DNA of 64,000 bases from the IMG/VR virus record IMGVR_UViG_3300037587_000358, positions 1,719 to 65,718 of that record; one strand, 5' to 3'. Origin of the DNA: a virus. Taxonomy: Duplodnaviria > Caudoviricetes. Positions 18,780 to 30,700 of the stretch are shown one piece after another; position 1 is the stretch's first letter, and each line of letters starts with the position of its first letter. The notes under the pieces are model-generated. The model saw nothing but the letters and a program-made list of their open reading frames with translations. It made no database searches and was not told where the DNA came from. The translations under genes were made by a program, and so were the position numbers.

Positions 18780-21700
18780 ATGGGACGATTGCTCGATGAA
18801 TTCAATAAGGAATTATCAACAAGACAGAACGAGCCAGGGTTTAACAAAGAAGCATTTAAAACAGAGTTCCTCACGTCGCGAGGACACACACCAAAACAAC
18901 AGCCGGGAAGAGGATTGCCTGAGTCACGAGGCGTAGTAGCCGACATTGCATCATCAGTTGCAGGCGGTGTCACCGATGCCGCAGAGATGTGGGCAAGGGC
19001 TATCAGGGCGTTTGACCCAAAAGGCGGCAATGACGTAGTAAGGGATTTTGCCACCAAGGGAATAGATGCAATCCAAGGCTTTGTAGACAGACATCCATTC
19101 CTTAAGCCATCCAAAGAAGCTGAGTCTGGTTTCAGACGCGCGCTTACAGAAGGCACAAGATCATTCGTACAGTCAGCCAGTGCAGTCATTCCTGGATTAG
19201 TTGCCAGTGCCGCAGTTCCTATAGCAGCTCCATTCGTTGGTGCGGCAGGCGGAGCCGTGGTATTTGGGGCAGCAGAGAAAGACAGGTTCCAGGAAGAGGT
19301 AGAAGACTTCATATCAAGTAATAATCTTACCGAGTCCCAGGCCGCAGACCTTCGAGAGAAGGGAGATTCGCAGGCAATTAAATCAGCTCTTGTTGAAGGC
19401 GGCTTTGAACTTGCAGCCAATACCTTGCAGGTAATTACGCTGGGATTATTCAAGCCATTCAAAGGTGCTGCCAAAGGCGCGGTTAAAACAACATTCAAGA
19501 GCTTGTTTGACGCACCATCCGGAAGCGTAGCAGTCAGAGCAGCAAAGGCATACGGAAAGACAGCCGTTACGGAAGTGGCAACGGAAACCGCACAGGAGGC
19601 ATTGGAGACTAAATTCAGGAGAGACATAGGTATTACCGACATGTCTTCATTGGATGCCGCCGTAAGCGTCATAGCTCCTACACTGGTCACGTCATTACTA
19701 TTCCTTGGCTCAGCAAAGGGCGTTAATTCTTTAGATCGGAGAAGGATAAGGAAGGGACTGGAAGAAGCCGTTGATATTAGCGGTAAGCCAGCAAGTGCTA
19801 AGAAAAGGAAAAAGGCTGTTGATGCAGCCGTTGCAGTTTTTGGCAAGAAGAACAAGGAGCAGGCCGAGAAGATCAGAGAAAGCGCTTATGCCTTCATTGA
19901 CTCCGGTGCAAGCATTGATCTTGAGACAGACTTCGGAGTCCTTACTTTTGCAGGACAAATGGCGAAGGACTTAAATAGCGGTGCCCTTAATGTCCACGAC
20001 ATGGAGAAGTTTGCACAGGGAATTCAAAGCGAAAACTCAGCAGTAAGCGCAGAGCTTTTAAAGATAGCCACTAGCTATAAAATACAAAACAATATACCAG
20101 ACCTTGGAGAGGTAGAGCAGTCCGGCGGAGAGCAAGACCTAGCCGACACAATGCTGAACCCAGCCAAGGATGTAGACCTTGAGGCCGTTGCCGCTGAGGA
20201 AGATGACATAGCGGATTCGGAGACCGTAGATGATCCAGCCGTAGCAGAGAAGGCCGTTGACGATGCGCTGGAAGGTAAGCAGCCCGGCCTTAATGAAGAC
20301 ATTCCGGTTTTATCAAATGCTGAGCTGGAAGCAGAATTGGTATCTCTCAGAGAAAACTTTCCATCACAAGAGCCTCTTTTGGGAGAAATACAGCAAGAGC
20401 GCATTGATACAATAAATGACGAGCTGGGAGAGCGTGAAGGCGAAGCGGCTGTAAAGGAAGAACGCGAAAGAGTCATGGCGGAGATATCAGAGCCAAAGGT
20501 ACCAGAGGCGCTTGAACCAAGGGTTACCGAGTTTGTATCACCGGAGGCCGTAAAGGAACGCCAGAAAGCACAGAGAGAAGGCTTGATTGAGCCTGGCGTA
20601 AAGCTAAAGCCAGCAGAGAAGAAGAAGTTCCTGGAAGACCTTAAGGCGCTGCAAGAAGACGTAGCCAAAACACCAGAAGGCGAAACTATTGAAGTTGAAC
20701 AAGTGGCACCTCAGGGTGTTGTCGACAAGATCAGACAGGAGATCGGGGAAGATGCTACTCCGGAACAATTCGAGGCATTAATAGCTGGCCTTGAAGCGAC
20801 GATTGCCGAGGAAGCAGCGAAGGAGATAGAGGGAATACCTACAGCAGAGGCCGTCGAGGCTGGCGAAGTGCCTGTTGTGACTACAGGAGAGGCGGCCACT
20901 ACTGCAAAGGCTAAGGTAGATGTTGCTGCCGAACAAACCGATCCGGCCCCAACAGAGGCCCAGATCGAGGCTGGCAATGCAAAGAAAGGCCACGCAAACG
21001 TACAAGGATTGGACATCTCTATTGAAACCGCAGAAGGCCAGGAAAGATCAGGTACGGATTTATCAGGTAAGCCATGGACTGTGACCATGAAGAGTCACTA
21101 TGGCTATATCAAAGGTACTGAAGGCCGTGATAAAGAGCACTTAGATGCATTCATTGGCAAGAATCCAGGTAGTGAAAACGTATTCGTAGTAAACCAAATC
21201 AATCCAGAATCCGGCGCATTCGACGAGCATAAGGTAATGCTTGGTTTCGACACAGAGGAAGCAGCGAGAGCCGGATATTTTGAGAACTATGCTAAGGGCT
21301 GGAAGGGATTAAAAAGTATTGTACCTATGTCTATGATTGAATTCAAAGCATGGATTAAAGGCGATACAACCAAAGAGCTTAAGGCAGTCGTCAAACCAGA
21401 GAGAGTGGAACCGGAAGTGGAAAAGGAATTCCCTCCGGTTCCCACCGAACCAACCGCAGTACAGAAGGAAGCCGACATTACTTCCGATGAAGAGCTTGAT
21501 GTTTTACTGGCAGATATCCAGCCAGAGACTAAAAAGAAACGACCGGTTTCTGTTACTGAAAAGAAAGAAGGCAAGAAGCCAAAGGCCACAGTCTCGGAAC
21601 TTAAAGAGAAGACCGCAGGAGACATCCTTTCAGAGGCTTCTAAGGCTGGAGTGAAGGGAATCGACAGCGCAATCAAAGGAGTATTTGAGCTGTTCGGTGG

Positions 21701-24700
21701 CACTTCGATAAAGACATTTCCTCCTACTCTTGACAAAGAGACTTATGCAAAGGCTAAGCCTCATTTTGAGGCAGCCTTCACAGAGTTCGGCAATGCAGGC
21801 AAAAGCCTGAAAGAATTCCTACAGTTCATGGTGAATAACTTCGGCAATGGTATTAAGCCATACCTTAAATTATTCGTACAGGAACAGAGAGAGGTAGTAG
21901 AAGAAGAGCCAGAAGCCAAGGAAGTAGAAGAGGCTAAGCCTGTTGATGTTGGCGAGAAAAAAGAAAAGCCAGTTAAGAAGGAGAAGCCGAAAAAACAGAA
22001 GCCAGTAGAGGTGAAGAGAATAAGGCTCAAGGATGTTGGAGAGGAAGTTCCGGGCAAGAGATCACAGAAGGATAACTTCGAGAATATTCAGGAGCAGCAT
22101 AAAGAACTTGAGACGGGCAATACAAATAAAGACCTTAATAAAATATTGAACCGTGCGGTAAGGTCTAAGCTTTGGAAGATCGAAAAAGAAGACAGGCTAA
22201 ACGCTACACCTGGAACCACCAGATACTTAAAGGCCGTCAGGGGCGGTGCCATGGGAGTTAATTCCTATGTAGCGAGTAAGCTGGGCGGAGTCTTCGGAAA
22301 TGCGAAAGACCGTATTGAAGAGTTTGCAGGCATAGAAGATTTGCCGGGCGACAAAAAAGGATACAATGAGATATCTAAATGGGTGGCTAAGTATGAAAAC
22401 GCTCTCCAAATATTAAACTCAGCTACGGAATCAGCCAACACAGTACAAGAGGCACATGATAACATCGTCACGCTGGTAGCAAAAACAGTATCCGAGAATA
22501 CCAAGAACACCCTATTTAACCTGAGCGAGGAAGGCGAAGCCATCATGGATATCTTTCCATGGGGAGAAGCAATGGCAGTGTTCAGGCCTCAGTCGTTCAT
22601 AGAGGAAGAGCTAAAGGATAAGCCAGACCCGAAGGACTTGAGAAGGCAAAAGATAGCCTTATCGGAAATAGAAAGGTCTAATCTCCCTAACCATAGGCAG
22701 GACAATCCAAATCCAACAGCACAGGACTTCATTGATCAGTTCGGTTTCAGGGGCGCAGAGTTCGGGGAGTATGTGGATTCAGTCTCAGGCCGCAGGCATG
22801 TCAATCATGCCTGGGATGCGTTTCATGACCTAACAAATCTGCTGGGCGTGCCGTTAAAAGCATCGGCCATGAAGGTAAGTCGCTCAGGTTTCCTGCATGG
22901 AACTGGCGAGAGTAAGGTAGGCGGCCAGGTAACACAGGGACAGACATTGGCTATGGCTTTTGGCAGCAGAGGCAGAGGAAGGCATTCTGCGCATTACGAG
23001 CCATTAAATCATCTTATCAATATGACCAAGAATAACGGAGACGGCTCGCTGTCTCATGAATGGGCACATAGCCTTGATAGCACCTTGTCCTTATCCCCTA
23101 AAGGCCGGGATGCAATTAACGATGTCATCAGGGCTTTGAACACACGGTATGATATTGAGCGAGCCAGAGCAGAGGTTGAAGAAATTCTTACAGGCAACTC
23201 CAGGTGGACAAAACAACGTATTGGCCGGACTCCTATTGAGGTTGCGAAAGAGTTCTTGGAATTGAAATGGAAGGCTTACGTCGCCACGAGTACCAACTTT
23301 TCAAAGAAATCTGACCTCCTTGGAGATTATTGGGCTAGAAACGAAGAGAAGTTTGCAAGAGCTTTTGAGGCATTTGTTTATGACTCCCTCGAAGGCTCAA
23401 GTCCTTACCTCGTGTCTGATTGGGTGAATGGAGACACTACCAAGGAAGAAAACGGATACAGGAGCAACCCGTATCCAGCCGGAGAAGAGAGGGAACAGTT
23501 CAACAGAATCTTTAAGCATTTCATGGATGGTATTGAATGGACAGAAGACGGCATTCCCTCCATGAAGGAAGGCTATGAACTTGTATCCGAGAAAGAAGAA
23601 AAGCTGGCACAGGAAGCCCTTGGTACTATTAAAGGCAAGCTGGAAGAGATGTTTGCTGCCATGCATCAAGGCAAGGCGTCTAAGGATGGATTGTGGTGGT
23701 ATGAGTACACAGCGACTAAACGAGGGGCATTGATGCAACCAGACGATATCAACGCTCATGATGATAGCCTTGGAGAAAACGGGGCAGTGGCATATACAGA
23801 AGCGTTGCTGCCTGATATGATTTTATATTACAAGCTAAAAGCAGTTACCCACGACAAGGACGAAAATAAAGTTTATTTAAAGGAGGCCGGAGATGGCGGA
23901 CAAATTGAATCGAGAGACCAGCTTGACACGGCTGGGCTTGATGGCGAAAGCTCATTGGAAGAAGTGGAGGCCGAAGATGGTGAAAGAGCTGATACGGGGA
24001 CAGGTATTACACGCCGCCCTGTTGAACGCGCAGGAGAAGAGTCTGACGGCCTTGGTGAACGAGGCACGAGCGGGCCTGCCAGTGCATTTGGCGATGGAGA
24101 AAGTTCTTCCGATGTGGATACGGCTGCCGCCGGAATCGGAGGTAACGACATTAAGCCAGGACAGGATGCCGTTCTTGGAGGCGGAAACTACAGAATCACA
24201 GAATCCGATAGAGTCGGTCAGGGTACCCTCAACGAAAAGTTTTCCAATAATATCTCAGCAATAAGAACCTTGCAGCAGATTGAAAGAGAAGAGCGTCACG
24301 CAACCAGAGAAGAACAGGCAGTTCTTGTTAAGTATGTGGGATGGGGAGGCATGTCACAGGCCTTCAATGAGTTCGGAGATAAAGGCTGGACAGATAAGTT
24401 TGAGATACTTAAGCAAACGCTTAACGACGAAGAGTTTGCAGCGGCAAGGACATCTACGCTGAGCGCATTCTACACTTCGCCGGAAGTAGTTACAAAGATG
24501 TACGACGCTTTGCAGAAGTTTGGATTCAAAGGAGGCCGGGTATTAGAGCCTGCGGTAGGCACCGGAAACTTCTTTGGGCTATTGCCAGAATCGATAGCAA
24601 GTGCCACGCAGCTTGCAGGCGTTGAAATGGACAATATATCTTCCAGGATAGCAAGGCAGTTATACCAAAGAGCCAATGTGTTTAATTCTCCTTATGAGAA

Positions 24701-27700
24701 GTCAACACTTCCAAGGAACTTCTACGATGTTGCAATATCAAATGTTCCATTTGAAGACGTTATTCCATTTGACAGAACATTCAACAAGAAAAGATTTAAG
24801 CTACATGACTATTACTTCAACAAAACGCTGGCCCTTGTCAGGCCGGGCGGTATCGTCGCATTCATTACCAGTGCTGGAACCATGGACAAGGTTAGCGAAG
24901 AAGCCAGGAAAGAATTGTCTAAAAATGCTGACCTTATCGGGGCTATCAGGCTCCCGGATACAGCCTTTAAAGATGCTGGCACCAGAGTAACGGCAGACAT
25001 TATCTTCCTCAGAAGGAAGGGCGGTACTGGAAAAGAGATTAAGGCCCAGAAATGGACAGAGGTGACGAGCTGGACGCAAGAAAAGCCAGATGGCGGCTCA
25101 TTTAATATAAATGAATACTTTGCCAAGAATCCAGAGATGATGCTGGGGCAAATGAGCAATACTGGAAGATGGGAAGACTCTCAAAACCTTATGTCAGATG
25201 GCAGGAATATAGAAGAAGCCTTGGCAGAGGCCGTTGGCAAGCTTCCTTCCGATATATATACAGAGCTTGAAAATGTAATAGAGATCGATATCGCCGACCT
25301 CATACCTGATGAAGGAGTATTCTCTGACGGCGACTTCTTTGAGGAAGGCGGGAAGGTATTCATATTTGTTGCAGGCGAAGAAGCCATACTTTACGAAGAA
25401 AAGACTCCGCACCAAAAGAGAAAAGGACAGGTCATACGAGGGTTTATTAAAATAAGAGCGGCGCGCCGGGCAATGCTTAAGGCCCAGGCAAAGGAAGCAT
25501 CTGAAAAAATACAGAAGCCGTTAACTGCGAAGCTTAATAAGGAATACGATGCCTTTGTAAAGAAGTTCGGATTCCTTAATCTACCAGAGAACTTACGAGC
25601 GTTTATAGATGACCCGGAAGCACCGAGGATACTTGCGCTTGAGAACTGGAGCGACGAAACCGGAGAGGCGACGAAGAGTGATATATTCTCCAAGAAATTC
25701 ATAGAAAACCTGAGGCCTGTTACCAGTGTGAAAAAGCCGCAAGACGGCATACCTCATTCATTAAATGCGTTGGGAAGGATAGATATACCTTTCATCGCCA
25801 AACTTGCAGGGATCTCAGAAGACGAGGTCATTGCAGAGCTACAAGGTGAGATATGGAATGACCCGGAGAAGGGCTGGGTAGTATCGGATGAATATTTATC
25901 CGGTAATATCAAAGAAAAGATCGCATTGGCCGAGCAGGCTGCAAAATCCGATGGCACGTTTGCGAAGAATGTGGACGCGCTGACTCCGTTAATACCAGAA
26001 GACTTGCCCCCGTCAGCCATCAGGGCCAACCTTGGTGCGCCCTGGATAGAGCCAGGAGACGTTCAGCACTTCATAAGAGACTTGGTGCCACAGGGACATA
26101 GCATTCACGTAGACTATGTTGCCGAGCTTGGATTATGGAAGCTCGCTTCAAGGGGTGGCGGTAGCGAGACCGGAGCAAAGAGGCTTTTTAAGAATGCTAA
26201 AGAATCCGTGGCAGCTACTGCGACATGGGGCACGAGCAGAAAGAATTTCTTTGAGTTACTTGAGAGATACATTCTTAATGGGAGCGCCCAAGGTCTGACC
26301 GTATTTGATAAAATCCCTGGAACTGACCAGAAAATACTTAACACAAAAGAGACCGAAGCGGCACAGGCGAAGTTAGAAGCTATCAAGGAAAAGTTTTCCA
26401 AGTGGCTATGGGAAGACGATGACAGGCTTAGTAAATATGTCCGTAAATATAATGACGTATACAACGGTACAGTCGAAAGAAAATTTGATGGAAGTCATCT
26501 TACATTCCCTGGACAAGTACCGAATGATATTATTGAACTAACAAGCCATCAGAAGAATGCGGTATGGAGAGCTATAAGCACTGGATTCAATACTTACTTT
26601 GCCCATGAAGTCGGTACGGGTAAGACGTTTGCCATGGCAGCTACTATCATGGAAGCAAAGAGGCTGGGCCTGAAAAAGAAACCTCTTATGCTGGGCATCA
26701 AGGCAAATGTAGACGCACTGGCCGAAGACTTTGCAAAGCTGTACCCAACTGCAAGAATACTTAGGATGGATGTATCTGCCAATGCATTGAAGAGGAAGAT
26801 ACAACTTAACAGAATCGCCAATAATGAATGGGATGCAGTTATAATAAGCCATGATTCCTTTAAGAACATACAGCTCAGCGCAGAAGGACAGACCGAGGCA
26901 GTTGAGGAAGAGCTTGGCAACTTAAGGCTTTCGTTAGCACTGGCACAGGAGTCAGGAGCGGCGGCGTTTACAGTCAAGGCAATTGAGCTAAGGATGAAGA
27001 GTCTTAAGTCCGACCTGGACAAGCGTATCGGCGCACTGGAAGTGTCTAAGATCGACCTGGATTTTGAAGAGCTGGGAGTCGATTTAGTCGTAGTTGACGA
27101 AGCCCATATATTCAAAAACATTCCTTATGCTACAAAGCTTGACGGTATTGTTGGGGTGAGTGGAGATGGCTCCGGCAAGGCCTTCGATTTACATATGAAG
27201 ACACGTTGGATAAACGAGAAGTTTGGAGGCGGTATTATACTTGCTTCCGGTACTCCTATTACTAACAGCGTGTCGGAGATATACAATATCGGAAGATATT
27301 TAAATCCTCAGACATTGAGAGACAAAGGCATCCATACATTCGACGCATGGGCGTCAGCGTTTGGAAACATCACACAGACAGCGGAGTTCGCGCCAGAGGG
27401 CGGCGGATACAGAATGGTCAGGAAATTCAAAGAGTTCTTTAATATTCCTGAGCTAAGATCAATTGTCCGAGAAGTTGTGGACGTCATCGCTGCCAAGGAC
27501 TTAGGTCTTAAAGTACCGGAAATACTTTCCGGAAAACCTGTTCCTGTTGTTATTCCTCAAAACGAAATGGTAGAGGCTCTTAGCCAGGAAATGCTGATAA
27601 GGGCAAAGGATATCAGGAGCGGCGGTATAAATAAACAGCCAAGGCATCCAGATAAAACAGATATCATGTTCTCTATTATAAGCGATGGCCGTAACGGTGC

Positions 27701-30700
27701 TATTGATATGAGGTTGGTAGACCCGGAATTGCCAGATCATCCGGACACAAAGGCCAATCATTCAGTAAGGAATGTATTCCAGCTATGGAAAGCTTCAGAG
27801 AATATCAAAGGCACCCAGCTTGTATTTGCAGACAGGGGAGTTCCCAAGCTGGTTCCTAAGTTAGATATCAATGGCAGCGTCATACAGAAGCTAGACAAAG
27901 ACGGTAATCCTAGATTTTCGACAAGGACGATAATAGACAAGGAAACAGGGGCGGAAGAAAAAATCACAAAGCCTCTCCTTGAAATGAGGCCAGCGTTTAA
28001 TGTTTATGATGACGTCAAGAATAAGCTTATTGCTATGGGTATTCCTGAGAAAGAAATTGCTTTTCCAAGGGACGTTAAAGGGAACAAGATAAAGAAGAAG
28101 AAATTATTCAATCAAGTAAACGCCGGGGATGTCAGGATATTGATTGGCTCTACGGCTGATATGGGCACTGGCGTGAACGTGCAGGAGCGTGGAGTCGGAA
28201 TACACAACCTGGATACTGAGTGGACATTTGAGAGACTTGAACAGCGAAGGGGCCGATTTGTAAGGCAGGGCAACATATTATATGATATCAAGTTTCCAGT
28301 GGCGGTCTTTAACTACATGACCGAAGGCACCGTGGACGCTTTCATGTGGGATAAGGTAGCAAACAAAAAGATAACTACCGAGGTCGTACTACAAAGCAAT
28401 AGCCAGCAAAGGGAAATTGAAGACGTCAGCCAGGAAAGTGCAAGTGCCCAGGAAATGATGGCATTTGCCAGCGGAGATCCGAGGTTCCTGCACAAGATAG
28501 AGCTGGAAGCCGAAGTTCGTAAGCTCAATGCCATAAGGGGTAACTGGATAGATGAACAGTACAGACTCAAGAGAGAGCTGGGAGCTATCCCTGGTGTTAT
28601 CGAGGCCATGAATACTTCTATTGCCAATAAGAAGAAAGCACAGGATTGGTTTGAGAATATCAATGCTGTTAAAATCGGCGATGTACTTTATGATCTTAAG
28701 CGCCATTCCAGTGAATTGATCAAAAGAATGTCCGAGGTTCTCAGTCCTAAAAACGCAAAAATGGCAAGGAAGAGCGTGAACAGAATTCCTATTGCTACCT
28801 TTGGCCATGCCCGTACGGAAGAGGTTGAGACCGTGGAAGAAGTAACTACGGTTAAAACCGTTAAGGATAAATCAATAGAGGTAAAAGAGAAGAAGAAAAA
28901 AATCAATAAGGTATTGCGCTGGGAAGGTGACAACGACATTCCTGTCTACGTAAGAAATCCTTTCACGCTGACAGCGGAAAAGATAGGCATTAAAGACGTT
29001 GACATACTGAAGCTAGGCACCAAGAGCAAGTATGGTGAATGGGAAATAACTGCGAGTGCTGGCCTTGCAAGATTGCTATCTAATACGAAAGCCTCTATCG
29101 AAAGGGAGATGAAGAGCAGTCAGGAGCTTATAGAGAAAAAAGAGAAGCAGCGCAATGATATCAATGAGGAAATTGCTAAACCATTCGAGCAGGAAGAAGA
29201 GCATACATCTAAGACCGAAGAGTTAGCACAACTCACAGCAGAGCTGGGACAAATACTCCAACAGCAGCAAGAAGAACAAGGGCGAATAGATCCAGACCTG
29301 GAAAGGTTCAAGTCTCAGGCCGTAGATGTTGGAGAAATGGACATACCAGAGGAAGATGTATCCTTGTCCGTCGAGAAGAAGTCTGACATCAAAGCTAAAG
29401 AAAGTGAGTATTGGGCGGTTACCGGCCAGATAGCACAGGCTATTGTTGATAAGGATGACGTGGCGAAAGAGAAGCTTGAAAAGGTTCGTTCCAAAATAGA
29501 AAGACAGCTCTCAAAGGCGCAGGACGTCAAGGCAAAGGTTCCCGTCACAAAGAAGGCTGTTCCTGCTGGAGTATTGGCCGACATATACACTGACCTCTTT
29601 AGAGAGGCAGAGAAGATACTTGGATACGGCAAGGTCAAGCTAGAAGTGGTGACACAGGAAGCCCTCAAGAAAGATCCCGATGTTATCAAGGCAGCGGAAG
29701 AGCGAGGAATCTCCAAAGAGGAATTAATAGAAGAGTACAACGTAAAAGGTGCTTATCTGGGTGTGACTGTTGATGGAGTTGCGACCAAGGGAGTTATTAA
29801 AGTAGCTGCCGATGGTTTCAGGAGCATCATTGACATGGACGCAACTGTCAGGCATGAAATATTCCACGGAGTATTTAAAAGGCTTCTTAATAATAAGGAC
29901 AGGAACATAATTCTTTCAAGGTATAAGACAGAAGAGAAGGCGGCGGATATGTTTGCCTCTCATATTGCGCAGGAAGGAAAGTTAATCTCTACTTCTATTA
30001 AGTCCATATTCAACAGGATGGCAGATTTCTTTGAAAGCCTTGGAAATCTACTCAAGGGCAGGGGTTTTAAGAATGCCGGGGATGTATTCGGAGCCGCAGC
30101 AGCCGGAGAGCTGGCCGACAAAGCCACTACCATGGCAGCGGTGGGAGCCAATGTAAGCCTCTCAATAGAAAAGGGAGTCCCGGAGGAAGACCTTAACGCC
30201 GAGCATGATGCCAGTAAGGAGCAGTTCGAGAAAGTCCTTAAGAGTTCAAACCCATTGCTTCGTCAATACGCAGCAGGACTGCAAAACGTCGTGTCGATGA
30301 ATCCGGCCAATGTCCAGATGAACAAGTCTCATACCAAAGTGGTAGATGAAATATATACTGGCACTCGAAATTCTGATATCAAATTCACTGAAAGAGTCTT
30401 CGGCCTTCCATGGTTCCTGGCTAAGAAGTTTGTGGAGTGGAAGCAGGCACTTGGTATCGAGCTTAAGAGAAGTGAAGATAGAAACCTTATTATGAGTGAG
30501 TTCAATAAAAAGGTGGGCGAGGTCAGGAAAGGCGAGAAAGATTTACATGAGATCATGGCCCTTAAACCCAACGAGGAAGAGAATGTATTGCTGGTAATTT
30601 ATGAAGGCGATGCCCTCAATAAAGAGTTCACTAATGACGAGTTAAACCACTCTATTGCAATCACAGAACTGAACAAATTAGACCCGGGAAAATTTTCCAA

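Noticed and set aside
18770-19855. 361-aa minus-strand ORF and many similar antisense ORFs across the giant gene
   Set aside because: These are shadow frames of coding DNA, rich in Ser/Phe/Leu, with no SD or motifs.
21337-21654. Second nested plus-strand ORF in the giant gene (also 24280, 24676, 32608)
   Set aside because: No convincing SD/start and frame-shadow composition, unlike 23893.
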